Of a DNA stretch of 64,000 nt, positions 25,251 through 39,229 are shown in pieces. The position numbers and the translations under genes are program-made. Position 1 is the stretch's first letter. Each line of letters starts with the position of its first letter. Source of the DNA: Octopus vulgaris (taxonomy: Eukaryota); the NCBI GenBank assembly GCA_951406725.2, contig OX597816.1, forward strand, positions 57,536,001 to 57,600,000. Direction: 5' to 3'. The notes under the pieces were generated by a model that was not told where the DNA came from, did not search any database, and was given only the letters and a program-made list of their open reading frames with translations.

Positions 25251-27877
25251 TTACACAAGAGAGAGAGAGAGACAAAGAAATTGGAGGGGAGGTGAAGGGA
25301 GTAGGTGTTGTGTGGCTGCTCAGGAGATTGAAAAGTTTGGAAAATTTTACATAAAACTTGGAATGTATGCCATATTACATCATATTCATCATCATCATCG
25401 TTTAACGTCCGTTTTCCATGCTAGCATGGGTTGGACGGTTCAACTGGGGTCTGGGAAGCCAGAAGGCTGCGCCAGGTCCAGTCTGATCTGGCAGTGTTTC
25501 TACGGCTGGATGCCCTTCCTAACGCCAACCACTCCGTGAGTGTAGTGGGTGCTTTTAACGTGCCACCTGCACAATTATTAATTAATATATTCTAAAAGAA
25601 GGAAAGAAAAATTAATTAATACATTCTAAAAGAAGGGAAAAAAATTAATTAATACATTCTAAAAGAAAGAGAAATAAACAGAACTATACAATTGATTAGA
25701 AATGAATAAAAAAATAATTTCAAAATCGAAATTTCAGTTGCATTAGTTGAAGAATTCAATGAAGCTAAGAACTCACCTTTACAAATACTTTGCTGTAGAA
25801 TGTGAGGGTGATGGAGAGGATGGTAGAATTTACTAAGCACTGACAAACACATTTTAATAACATAGTCTTTTGTGAAGAATTTACCACAGACATTTGCTCA
25901 CATGCCAATGGAGATTCCTCCTTTGAGGGATTCCTTACCATATTGCAGACAATGGTTATTCACAACTGAAAAGAAAAACAAAAGATTCAATTATGAGGGA
26001 AAAGTCTTAACTCGTTAAGCATTCACATTATTCTATCCAATGTTAGGAATCAATCACATATTATCTTCTAAGCTTCAAGGTTTTCATGATGCAATAGTTT
26101 ATTTTTAGAATGGCCTTGTAGGATAGGTATGAGAAGCCAGATATGGCTGGTAAAGTTTTAAATTGCTGCTACAAAATACATCGAAATAAAATAGTAGAAT
26201 CCACAGAAACTAGTGATTGGTCAGCATTGGTAGGTAACAAATACAAGTAGCTTGTATAGGCAGGGCTGTGTGACTAAGAAATTTGCTTCCCAACCACATG
26301 GTTCCAGGTTCAGTCCCACTGCACAGCACCTTGGGAAAATGTTCTCTACTATAGCCCGAGGTTGACCAAACCTTGTGAGAAGACTTGGTAAACAGAAACT
26401 AAAAAGAATCCTTTCTTGTGTGTGTGTAGGGTGGGTAAGGTTTACAATTGTGCTTCCTTTGTAAATTACTGACCGACAAGTGGTGACATTGTTATCATTA
26501 CCCCTGTCAACAAAACATCTTCTGGCTTTGTGCTTTTAAATACATATGCAATAAAAGATCCCTTACTTGTGAAACAGGAAGGGTGCCTAACCATAAAACA
26601 ATGCCTTGGTAATCATCTAATCCATGCTAGCATGGCAAAATGAATGTAAAGGAAAACATATAAACAAAAAAGTCTGCAAAGTGGAATAAGTTATTTTGGT
26701 ACACACAAGAGAAGGGGGCTAAAGTCTCAGCATTAGGGTCTTTTAAGGATTTTTCCTCTTCATTATGGCAAAATAATTAACTTCACTTTGTGAACATTTT
26801 GTAACAAAATATCAAATCCATCCACCTTTTTTGCCCATTATTCCTGGGAGGGTCATGGGGGGAGAGTCCTTAGACACCTCTTCCATTGGCTCCTCTCAGA
26901 AGCAACACTTAGCTGGATTCCCAAGCAAGAACAACTAAGACCATCTCATTCTTGGTTTAGCCCTTGGTCTCCTGCCAGTTGACTTACCTTGAAGAATCCA
27001 TCTTGTGATTCTTACCTGCAGCATTCTGGTATCAGAAGAATTCTTTTTTATTATTTTACCAGTTTCCTTCATTTATTCGTTAGATTTACAATTAATAAAG
27101 ATCAGCCGCAGTGTTTGAAGATTCCCAATTTTTTTAGCAAACATAAAAGGATGACAGGTAAAGTCAATCTGGATGAGGTATAAGCTCACTATGTCAAGAA
27201 ATCTAACAATCAAGCATGAAAAGCTAATTTGTCTGTGATGCTCTACTGATTCTGCTACCTCACACACACACACACACACACACACAGACTCTCCCTCACT
27301 CTCTGCCTCTCTCTTCTTTAATATCTTGTGTGTGTGTGGTTTTGTTCATCATAACTTGAAAAATGGAAACTTGTTGACATTTAAAAATATTCAGACATTC
27401 AGATGTGCTACATCATCATCATTTAACGTCCGGGTTGGACAATTTTGACTGAGGTCTGGTGAACCAGACTCCAATCTGATCTGGCAGAGTTTCTACCAAA
27501 CATTGGAAACTAGAAGTAAATGGAAATAAAAGAAGTTTTGTTACTGATCCAATCAATAAGGTTGTGTGCTCGCTTTGCAACCACGAGATGGCAGGTTCAA
27601 GCTCTACCATGCAGCCCCTTAGGCAAGTGTCTTTGGCCACAATCCCTGGCAGATCAATGCCTTGAGATTGAATTTGGTAGATGGAAACCTATCATAACAT
27701 CATCATCATCATTTAACATCCATTTCCCATGCTGCTAAGCCAGAGAGCTGCACCAAGTTCCAGTTGGATTTTGGCTTGGTATCTACGGCTGGATGCCCTT
27801 CCTAACATGCCTACCACTCCAACAGTGTAATGGGTACTTTTTACATGCCACTAGCAACAGCCACAACTATGTATGTA

Positions 27878-27937
<60 letters not shown>

Positions 27938-29417
27938 TATATATATGTATGCATGTATGTGTATGTTTGTGAGTGTATGAATGTATGCTCATGCTAGCAT
28001 GGAAAACGGACACTAAATGACGATGATGGTGACGATGTGTTTATGTCATTGTTCCCACTCCCCTCCACCATCACCACTGTTTGACAACTGGTGTTGGTTT
28101 ATTTACATTCCTGTAACTTAGCAGGTCAGCAGGAAGAGACTGATAGAATAAGTATCAGGCTAAAAGACAGTTACTGCAGTTGATTTCATCAACTAAACCC
28201 TTCAAGACAATGCTCCAGCATGGCCACAATCCACTGACTTAAGTTAGTAAGAGATAAAAGATGAGCAAATATCAGAATGACTGTGAGGGGGGGGATACCT
28301 AGGGACGCCTGCTGCATGAAGCATTAACAGTAAAGTGGGTAATAATACAGTTGGCACAATAAACCGATATATTTTAATCAACTAACTTCACACTGTCAGC
28401 TATCTTGCTTGCTGTAGCCATCATAACTAAGACCATGCTGGAGCATCTCCTTCGTTGATGAGAAATAAACCTCGTTATCTTAATGACCAATTATAGATCC
28501 TACCTAATCATTGCAAAATCTTGTAGTAGTGGTTGCACTATGCTTGCTTTGTTGATGAGGTTTAATAAGACCTAAACATGTTCAGAGTTGTCACCATCAC
28601 TTTCATTCTTTCATTAAATTCTATATTTAATTAATTTTAATTCATTAGAAAGAACTGAACTGGAGGGTTGTATCCGCTGCCCTTTTGTCATCAGAATCGG
28701 TCATTAAAATAGAAATAATTTGTGACTTTTCACCATTCGTTCAGTTTGTATAGGTGGACAAGCAGAGACAAACAAGTGAACGCATGAATATTAACACAAA
28801 CAAATGCAGGTTCAAACAGACACATGCTCATATGCATGATATAAACATACACACACAATGCAGGCCTCTACATGCACACACACACACACAGTTATATGAA
28901 CATACACACACTAAAAAATTGTAGGAACAAACACATGCTCATGCACAAGGAAACAAACACACACATATCCAGACCTGTATACACACACACACACAACACA
29001 CAAATATACAATGGACACATACACACACAAACCCTCACATAAACATATGCATTCTCGTGCAGACAAATATACAAAACATACACATGCAAACACAGACACA
29101 TACATAGTCACACAAACACACACATACACAACCGTATGCTCCTATGCATAAGCACACACAAAACATGCTTACAGACACATGTGAAGACACACAAACACAT
29201 TGATATACACTGGTACACATGGACACACACACACAGACTGCTTTGTTTTAGATTCTAAAGTGACCAGCTGTTTGAAATGATCAATGTGTCCTTTTTTAAC
29301 TATTATTTATCATAAATCCTTCGAACAATATAATTTGAGGTAGATTTGGCTGTTATTTGTAGCAGGTGAATGTGACTCCACAGAAGCTCCCAGGCTGGAA
29401 TTATATTGTATAAGAAA

Positions 29418-29710
29418 CTAGCAGTATCGCCTGGCGTTGCTCGGGTTTGTAAGGGAAATAACTATATAAGCATTTTTAGAGAGTTACTTCCCTTATATAA
29501 ACCGAGCGAAATTGCATTAAAAATGCGGAAAAATTATGGTAAAATTTTTTTTTAATCGTAGATGCGCGCTAATACCCAGAAGGGCTCGATATGAATCACA
29601 ACTATAAGATACTCACTTTTGGTTAAACTGCACTGCAAAATGTGGGAGTAGTTAGGAATATAAATCAGTGTAGACAGACACACACACAACTACATTTTTA
29701 TATATAAAGA
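29418..29710 (-). mobile_element. Non-autonomous Helitron
   Basis: Minus strand has a 5' TC, a subterminal CCCGAG...CAGGCG hairpin and a 3' CTAG, inserted between A and T. It shares its 3' part with 30759-31131. Confidence 0.8.
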
Positions 29711-29771
29711 TGACAAGAAGTGGCAGAGCACAAAAGAACATTGAAAGAGAAGAAAAAGAAGTAAAAAGAAT

Positions 29772-30220
29772 TGTAGTGATGCTACTGTGTAAGATTCAGC
29801 GCACATGCACAGAATTAGATTACTTCCAGTTGGTCACCAGAAGTTTCCTCATGTGCAGGAACTGCAACCTGAAAGCTTGACCATGAAATCAGCCCTTCTG
29901 GCAGAGTAGCGCTAGTGATCGGACGTGGCTCGACTTCTCTCAGGGAAAACCCTACACACAGAGAAGCTCTCACTTTGAAGCAGGAATGAGCACCGTATCT
30001 TCTTGGCTCACACGAGTGAACATTGTAAACAGTCCTGTGGACTCGGCTGCCGGTTTCCCCACAAGAAATACATATGTATATGTTTTACCAGTGAACCGCA
30101 GAATAAACTACTATTGTTGTTATTGAAGACAGCCTGACTTTGATTCCGTTTCTTCAACTTGTATGTGACAAGATCAGACCGGACACCCCTCCAGTGTTCC
30201 TGAACTCTCATCCTGTTACA
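29772..30220 (+). mobile_element. Solo LTR (449 bp)
   Basis: TGTAG...TTACA termini, 4-bp TSD GAAT (29768-29771 and 30221-30224), internal AATAAA near 30102. No second LTR or internal domain is in the window. Confidence 0.72.
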
Positions 30221-30417
30221 GAATCAACAGAAAATTAAAATAACTGTGGTGAGATATTGCAGATAATCCATTAACAATGCCAAACATCTGTGTGATACCA
30301 ATTGGTATCTACGGCTGGATGCCCTTCCAAACATGCCTACCACTCCAACAGTGTAATGGGTACTTTTTACATGCCACTAGCAACAGCCACGACTATGTAT
30401 GTATGTGTGTGTGTGTG

Positions 30418-30468
<51 letters not shown>

Positions 30469-30529
30469 CCAAATATATATGTATGCATGTATGTGTATGT
30501 TTGTGAGTGTATGAATGTATACTCATGCT

Positions 30530-30758
30530 AGATAGTAATTGGTGTATTTGGAAGTATCAGCACTCAACTACCAACCTGGCTGAATAAGATAGGTGCTAAG
30601 TGTGAAGGTAGAACACCTACAAAAATCAGCATTGCTGGGAACTGCAAGAATTCTTGGCAGGGTTCTTGAAGCAAGTGTCATCATAGTCTGCTGGTTGTGG
30701 ACAGCTGACACTTCCCATCATACCCAGCAAAATAAACTGAGATTTCATATAATAATAA
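30530..30758 (+). mobile_element. R4/Dong-like non-LTR retrotransposon 3' end
   Basis: IVIGVFG...VEHLQKSALLGTARILGRVLE C-terminal signature, followed by (TAA)n. Confidence 0.7.
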
Positions 30759-31131
30759 CTAGCAGTATCGCCCGGCGTTGCTCAGGTTTGTAAGGGAAAT
30801 AACTATAAAGCATTTTTAGAGAGTTATAGCCAAAAAATAGCAAAAAAATGATGGTAAATTTTTTTTGAGAGTTAAAAAAGATCGAGTTGCGTCCCCTAGA
30901 CAGTCTGGGGTTTGTGTTTCTGATTCTCGACCCCATGTCGAATTTATCGATTTTTTTCAGAACTGCGGGAACTTTTCAAAATTTTCGCTGCGTTAGTTTT
31001 GAATTATGACATTGGGCTATGTGTGTGTCAAGTTTTATCAGAATCGGTTGAAAACCGTGCTCAGGGTGAGGGTATGAGAAAACAGACACACAGAAAACGC
31101 ACAGACAAACTGCCGTTTATATAGAGAGAGA
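30759..31131 (-). mobile_element. Non-autonomous Helitron
   Basis: 5' TC, 3' hairpin plus CTAG, A^T insertion site. The 3' ~80 bp nearly match 29418-29500. Confidence 0.8.
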
Positions 31132-31132
31132 T

Positions 31133-31505
31133 AATAAGTGCCAGATAATTGACTCTACAGTCTCAAATAATAAAAAAAAATCAATATGGGAAGTATAGAA
31201 AAAATAGCAAAGTACCAGGACCTGGCCATTGAATTACAGAAACTATGCAAAGTGTTGGTAAAATGTGTCCCAGTAGTTATAGGTGCATTGGGAACTATTC
31301 CTAAAGATTTGAACAGATGGATAGAGTAAATAGGCATAAAACCCAGTTTAGGGACAGTTACGATACTTAGGAGGGTTCTTGGCATCTAAGGCTCCTTGTT
31401 ATAGCCCAATGTTAGGATTTTCTTTTCAAGCAGTCTAATCTGTTAAGTGTATATGAGTAATAATAATAATAATTATTATTATTATTATTATCATTATTAT
31501 TATTA
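31133..31505 (+). mobile_element. R4/Dong-like non-LTR retrotransposon 3' end
   Basis: EKIAKYQDLAIELQKLCKVLVKCVPVVIGALGTIPKDL...ILRRVLGI*, then a 3' UTR like 47120-47185 and (TAA)n. Confidence 0.8.
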
Positions 31506-31507
31506 CC

Positions 31508-31995
31508 TCTGCCTTAACTTAGGTTAACTCTAAGGCCCTTCGATTCTAGACTTTGCTTCCATACCTGGAACTTCTCTAGTTCAGATAGTGATTCTGCTAT
31601 AAGAGCAAGGTCATCAGCATAGAGAAGTTTCCAGGAGCAACCTGTCTTGAATTCCTCTATTATTGTTATGGAGGACTGATTCTTGGTGAACCCCTACTTG
31701 TACCCTGAATTCTTCGCTGTACTCATTGTCCATCCTCACCTTACTGGTAGCATCCCTGTACAAGGCTTGTACGGTTCTCACCAACCAATAGTCTATCCCT
31801 AGTTTCCACATTGACCAGCAGATAAGGGATCTGGGGACCCTGTCAAAAGCTTTCTCCAGATCAACAAAAGCCAAGTAGAGACATTTATCTTTGGGTACAT
31901 ATTTTTTCCTGCAGTTGCTTTACCAAAAGTATAGAATCAGTGGTGCTTCTACCTGGCACAAAACCAAACTACAACTCATCTAGACTAACTCTCTC
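31508..31995 (-). mobile_element. RTE-like LINE reverse transcriptase fragment (degenerate)
   Basis: AFVDLEKAFDRVPR...EFRVQVGVHQ; homologous to 59895-60230. Confidence 0.85.
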
Positions 31996-33656
31996 TAATT
32001 TTGGTAGTTTTGACTCTATGAGTCCCTACTATCGTGTGGCATTTATGTATAGTAATGCCCTCTATATAATATAAATAAATATATTTAAGGTGAAAAATTG
32101 ATGGATTTTTCCCTTATGAGGTTTTTCTTATAAAGATTTTATCCTATTTTTCAATTATATATATATACACACGCACACACACACATCATCATCATCATTT
32201 AAAGTCTGTTGTCCATGCTGGCATGGGTTGGACGATTTGATCAGGGCTGGCAAGTTGAGGGGCTGCACTAGACTCCAGTCTGATGTGGCATGGTTTCTAT
32301 GGCTGGATGTCCTTCCTAACACCAACACACACACACATATATATGTAGGCGCAGGAGTGACTATGTGGTAAGTAGTTTGCTTACCAACTACATGGTTCAG
32401 TCCCACTGCGTGGTACTTTAGACAAGTGTCTTGTACTATAGTCTCGAGTCAACCAAAGCCTTGTGAGTGGATTTGGTAGACGGAAACTGAAAGAAGCCCA
32501 TTGTATATGTGTGTGTGTGTCTCTGTGTTTGTCCACCCCAACATCGCTTGGCAACCGATGCTGGTGTGCCTACGTCCCCATAACTTAGCAGTTCAGCAAA
32601 AGCAATCAATAGAATTAGTACTAGGATTAGAAAGAATAAGTCCTGGGGTTGATTTACTCAACAGAAGGCAGTGCTCCAGCATGACCACAGTGAAATGAAA
32701 AAGAATAAAAGAATATGTGTATGTATACATATATAGGCACAGGAGTGGCTGTGTGTTAAGTAGTTTGCTTACCAACCACATGGTTCTGGGTTCAGTCCCA
32801 TTGCGTGGCACCTTGGGCAAGTGTCTTCTACTATAGCCTCGGGCTGACCAAAGCCTTGTGAGTGGATTTGGTGGACGGAAACTGGAAGAAGCCAGTCGTA
32901 TATGTATATATATTTATATGTATATGAATTATGTGTGTATATGTTTGCGTGTCTGTGTTTGTCCCCCCAACATCGCTTGACAACCAATGCTGGTGTGTTT
33001 ACGTCCCTGTAACTTAGCGGTTTGGCAAAAGAAACCGATAGAATAAGTACTAAGCTTACAAAGAATAATTCCTGGGGTTGATTTCTTCAACTAAAGGTGG
33101 TGCTCCAGCATGGCTGGAGTCAAATGACTGAAACAAGTAAAAGAGAGTATATCTATATATATATGTGTGTGTGTGTGTGCATGATAACACACACACATAC
33201 ATATGCAGAGATTGCATGTGAAAGAGAGGGTTACGTTTGCACAATATATCAGATGTAAAATCTCCTTATTCAGGCATCATGATGAGAGAGAGAGAGAGAA
33301 AGAAAGAGAGAGAGAGAAAGAAAGAGAGAGAGAGAAAGAAAGAGAGAGAGGGAGAAAGAAAGAGAGAGAGACACAAGTGACATTTACATGTTTTGTTAGA
33401 ATCTAAAACGAGCCAAGAGACAAGTAATATGTCTCCTTGGAGAATTGTCAAATATTCATTTTAGCACCCTTTCACACTTGGGTCTGGTCTTAATTATCAT
33501 TTGGTAATTAGGACACATCCTCTAAACACTCAGATAATTTTGCTAAATCAAATTCAGCTCTTTTTGGAGTTACAGGCTGGGTCACATGGGAGTTAAGGGT
33601 TCAGGCATTCTGGGTTTAATGTTTGGGTTGTTCTGTTTGGGAACTAAAGATGAATC

Positions 33657-33805
33657 CAGTTCTATATTTAAGAGATGAGGAATTATGTACATTGTTTACA
33701 TTTGACGGATATTTGTCCTCATCTTGTTTGTTAATACGTTTCGGCTTCATCAGGGGTCTTGGGGAAATTTCGAACCTGGCTTCTCATTCTTATAGTATTT
33801 TTCGA

Positions 33806-33849
<44 letters not shown>

Positions 33850-34083
33850 TCACTGCCTGGAATCAAACTCGGAATCTTGGGGTTAGTAGTCCGCGCTCTT
33901 AACCACTATGTCATATACCTGTGAATAATAATAATAATAATAATAACATCGAAAAATACCTTAGGAATGAGAACCCAGGTTCGAAATTTCCCCAAGACAC
34001 CTGATGAAGGCTGGAAGGTATATCAGCCGAAACGTGTTAACAACAAAGATGAGGACAAATATCCATCAAATGTAAATAATGTA
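33657..34083. mobile_element. tRNA-head/hammerhead-tail element: full copy 33657-33923 (-) plus inverted partial copy 33924-34083 (+)
   Basis: Same family as 4341-4815. Flanking direct repeat AGATGAAT at 33648-33655 and 34085-34092. Confidence 0.85.
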
Positions 34084-35337
34084 GAGATGAATGAATGCAA
34101 AATGTAGTTACTTTATTTATTTTTATTTTATCTAGTTTCAGCTCACGAGCTGTGGCCATGCTGGGGCACCGCCATTTACTTCTGTAATTGGACTGAGAAC
34201 GAGGGAACCGTCTGTGAGTAAGCATTTGAAGAAATATAGATGATTAAGTAAATTGATCATTTATAACGATCAAAGAATGGGGAGACAGCGACATCAATAA
34301 CAACTCCAGTACTTGATTGGCAACTTATTTCATTGATCTCAGAGGAAGAACGGCAGAACTGAACTGAGCTGGTTTTCAATTCAGAACATTAAAAAGTCAG
34401 AACTAATACTACAAGACATTTAGATTGGTGCTTTGACGGTTCCACCAATCAATCAAATTTAATCAAAAAAAAAAAACAGAATTAGTTTTATTTGTGAACC
34501 AAAGATTATCATTAATCTTCTGGGGTTTTTTTTTTTCCTTTTGATTTGTCTTCTTTTCTAATCCACCACCGTCTTATTTAATTAATCTCTGATGGCTGAT
34601 TAAACTCTTGTCACAACATGCAGCATTGACTGTTGTTGTTGTTGGATGGAAGAGACAAAGAGATTGTCTAGAGTGAATCAGTGAATCAAAAAGTAAATAC
34701 AAGGAATGGTCATTAGGGGGAGGAGGGGGTTAATGGGTCAGTCCATTTTCTTAATTATGTTTCATATCTGCCTGACTAAAGAGGGAGACATACAGACAGA
34801 ACTATCTATGTAGTGGGTATATATACACATATACATACAGAGAGAGAGGGGGGAGTGTGTTTCTCCAGTTAAGTCGTTCTTGTATGACTATATTTTTACT
34901 TAATCATTAATAATGATTGAGCAGAACTTACAGACACACTCATTCCAGCCACAACTAACCCATACTTTTGTATATCTAGAAACTACATTGTCCGGTGTGT
35001 CCATTTTCATAGAAGGTCTGCTATTTCTAGCAGGTTGACCAACCACAGAGAGGCTCTCTTGAACAGCCATTGACAGGATGGTTTAATCACAATTATCCTA
35101 TATTTTCTATCTTTTACTCATTTCAGCCATTATACTGTGACTATTCTGGGGCACCACCTTGAAAGAATTATTGTCAAGTAGGAGTGGCTGTGTGGTAAGT
35201 AGCTTACTTAGGAACCACATGGTTCTGGGTTCATTCCCACTGCGTGGCACCTTGGGCAAGTGCCTTCTACTATAGCCTCGGGCCGACCAAAGCCTTGTGA
35301 GTGGATTTGGTAGACGGAAATTGAAAGAAGCCCATCG

Positions 35338-35403
<66 letters not shown>

Positions 35404-37788
35404 GCGTGTTTGTCCCCCCAACATCGCTTGACAACCGATGCTGGTGTGTTTATGTCTCTGTAACTGAGCGGTTCAGCAAAAAAAGAGACCGATAAAATAA
35501 GTACTAGGCTTACAAAGAATAAGTCCTGGGGTCGATTTGATCGACTAAAGGCGGTGCTCCAGCATGGCCACAGTCACATGACTGAAACAAGTAAAAGAGT
35601 AAAGTAATCAATCCCAGGACTTTTTTTTAAGTCCAGTACTTCTATTTGTCTCTTTTGCCAAACTGCTAAGTCATGGAGGTGTAAACATGCTAACACCAGT
35701 TGTTAAGCAGTAGTGGATGACAAACACAGAGACAAAGACTTCTTTCAGTTTCCATCGGCCAAATCCACTCACAAGACTTTGGTCAGACTAATGTTATAGT
35801 AGAAGACACTTGCCCAAAGTTCCACAAAGTGGGACTGAACCTGGGACCATGTGGTTGGGAAACAAGCTTCTTACCACAGAGCAATGCTTGCACCTGTAAC
35901 TCTATTACACAGACAGACAAAAGGACGAGAGATTTAGGGGTCAGGTGGATGGGGTTATTCAATTGAGTGGGACTTCAGTTTATTGACCCCCTCCAAAAAA
36001 AAAAAAGATGAGAAGCAAACTTGACCCCTCTTTAAATTCAAGATGTAAAGAGCTGGTACTAAATACCACAAGGCATTTTCTTTGATGTTCTGACAATGAT
36101 TCCCACTTGCATCCCATCAGTTATGAGGATGAAGGGTCCCAGTTGAACCAATCAACAGAACAGCTTGCTCATGAAATTAACATACAAGTGGCTGAGTACT
36201 CCACAACAGATGTGTACCTTTAACATAGTTCTCGGAGATTCACCCTGACACATTGTGACAGTGGGACTGAACACGGAACCATGTGGTTGGTTAGCAAGCT
36301 ACTTACCACATAGCCACTCCAGCAGACATTAAATGATGATGATATGTTTGGTGAACATGTTGAAACACGAGCAGAAGGAAAATCCTGTCCAAGCGTTTTC
36401 CGGATGCCACTGAGGCAGTGAGACTGACATGGTCATTGTCACATGGGACAAAATATTTAGTAGCATTTCTTCCGGCTCCTTACATGCTAAGTTCAAATCC
36501 AGCTGCAGTCAATGTTGTCTTTCATCCTTCTGACATCAATAAAATCAAGTACCAGTCAAGTACTGCGGCCAAAGTAATGGACCCGTTCCCAACCCCACTC
36601 AAAATTGTTGGCCTTGTGCAAAAATTAGAACAGGGGCAGGAGTGGCTGTGTGGTTAGTAGCTTGCTTACGAACTACATGGTTTTGGGTTCAGTCTCACTG
36701 CGTGGCACCTTGGGCAAGCGTCTTCTACTATAGCCTCAGGCCAACCAAAGCCTTGTGAGTGGATTTGGTAGATGGAAACTGAAAGAAGCCCATCATATAT
36801 GTATATGTGTATATGTGTGTGTGTGCCTGTATTTGTTCACGCATTATTGCTTGACAACCGATGGTGGTGTGTTTGTGTCCCCATAAATCAGCGATTCGGC
36901 AAAAGGGACCAATAGAATAAGTACTAGGCTTACGAAGAAAAAGTCCTGGCGTCGATTCGCTCGACTAAAGGGCAGTGATCCAGCATGGCCGCAGTCAAAT
37001 AACTGAAACCAGTTGAAGAATAAAAGAAAGGGCAGAACAGATAACATTAAACATTTTTGGAATGTCTTTCAATTGCTCGTTCCACCCACCAGACACCAGA
37101 CACTGGATGCCTCCCCCAAAGACTTCCCTTGACTAAGGCAGCACTAAAATGGATGGTATGTGCAGGTTAAAAGTGTGTGAGCAAGCTTCACCAGGTGATG
37201 ATGTAAGATTTTTAATATACAATATGTACAACTGTTAAATGTGTGTCATGTATGGATGTAGTATTTTTGTCACAGAATAAGAACTGAAAATTTTAGGTAT
37301 AGCCATGGCTGTGTGGTAAGACAAACGAGAATACTAAAAATGAACCCACCTGCTTTCAAAAATTAAGTAAAAATATAGAAAAATAATCCAGAATCCTTGT
37401 CCGGTACTGGATCGATCCCCAAATCTAATCAGTTCATGCCAGTCGTGAGGCCAAACATCCCTGAAAGTTTCATTTGAATCCATCGAGCAGTTCTTGAGAT
37501 ATCTTGTCCACAGACAAACAAACACGACTGAAAACGATCGAAAAGAATAGTTGAAATGGCCTTTTTTTAATTCTATATTTCACTGTTAGCTGTTGCAATA
37601 TTTCCACTGGATAGACAATTCTACAAATCAAACATAAAGATGCAAAATATGAAGAATTTACCCTTCTCTGAAATCAAAAATCCAAGGAAAAAATAGTACT
37701 TTGCCAAATAAAAAAACTCAATCGCAAACTAGTTACAACTGAAGAATTGAGATGCTTGATGACAGTAAGCAAACAATATCTATACTAT

Positions 37789-37848
<60 letters not shown>

Positions 37849-38311
37849 TAGCTGGTGTACCCAGTAATTCCCGGGGGTAAAGATGTTCTATTTAAAAGCC
37901 TTATTACTCTAATATAAAAAAGCAATTTTGTTTTAACTATCACAAAAGGTGTATTTTCCATCGTGAAAAAGTAAAAAAATAACCGGACAGCTGGAGGAAA
38001 GAGAGACTGTCGGAGATTGGCCAGAGAGATTGATGGATGTTGGCCAGAGAGACTGTCAATAAAACGATGTAGGAGGAGTTAGCTAACAACTTTACAAACA
38101 GGCACACCCAGTGACAGAATTTCCCACGTATGTAGTTGATCGATATACATATGTATGTATTACGCGCACACAACATTCGTGGCTTTTCTGACATTTAATG
38201 TTGTGTGCGCGTACCCACGCCTTATTTTTTGGTACAGAAAGAATTTTGCCTCCAGTTTTTATTGCCTTAGGTGATCAAAGACCACTGTTCTGGGTACGAA
38301 GTGACCAGCTG

Positions 38312-38350
<39 letters not shown>

Positions 38351-38423
38351 GAAGAAAGAAAGAGGGAGAGACAGAGAGATTAAGAGATGTGTGTCTGTTT
38401 GGTTCACGTCTATCTATCTATCA

Positions 38424-38806
38424 GGAGGCGCAATGGCCCAGTGGTTAGAGCAGCGGACTAGCGGTCGTAGGATCGCGGTTTCGATTCCCAGACCGGGCGT
38501 TGTGAGTGTTTATTGAGCGAAAACAACTAAAAAGCTCCACGAGGCTCCGGCAGGGATGGTGGTAATCCCTGCTGTACTCTTTCACCACAACTTTCTCTCA
38601 CTCTTACTTCCTGTTTCTGTTGTACCTGTATTTCAAAGGGCCGGCCTTGTCACTCTCTGTGTCACGCTGAATATCTCCGAGAACTACGTTATGGGTACAC
38701 GTGTCTGTGGAGTGCTCAGCCACTTACACGTTAATTTCACGAGCAGGCTGTTCCGTTGATCGGATCAACCGGAACCCTCGTCGTCGTAACCGACGGAGTG
38801 CTTCCA
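38424..38806 (+). mobile_element. Young full-length tRNA-derived SINE
   Basis: A box TGGCCCAGTGG, B box-like GTTTCGATTCC, CpGs retained, 11-bp TSD TCTATCTATCA (38413-38423 and 38807-38817). Confidence 0.85.
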
Positions 38807-39229
38807 TCTATCTATCAACACGAGCTGACCAAAGCCTTGTAAATGGATTTCGTAGACGGAAACAGAAAAAAGCCAGTCATATGTGTGTGTGTGTGTGAAT
38901 GAATGTGTGTACGTAGGCCAGTGTGTGTATGTTTCTATGTATGCATAAGTATACATCCCCCACCTTTCATCACCATTGCTTGCGTTTTCTGTTGAAGTTG
39001 TTATCTGTGTTCAGCTCTGTGTGGCTAATAAAGAAACATATTTTCATTTTGGGGGATTTCTTTCGTTTTTCTTTTATCTCCCTTGGGAATTCGTTGACGA
39101 GCCTTTTTCATTTACTTTTTTGGGGGGGTTTCTTTTAAATTTATTTACGGTACACCCTCGTGGGTTTTTTCCCCCTCGTCTGGCATGAAATTTTCAGTTA
39201 ACTTCTTAACCAAAGTAAATAAATGATTC

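Noticed and set aside
25777-25965. Selenocysteine-containing exon (a single in-frame TGA in the phase 1-1 frame)
   Set aside because: No resemblance to a selenoprotein family that I recognise and no SECIS identified.
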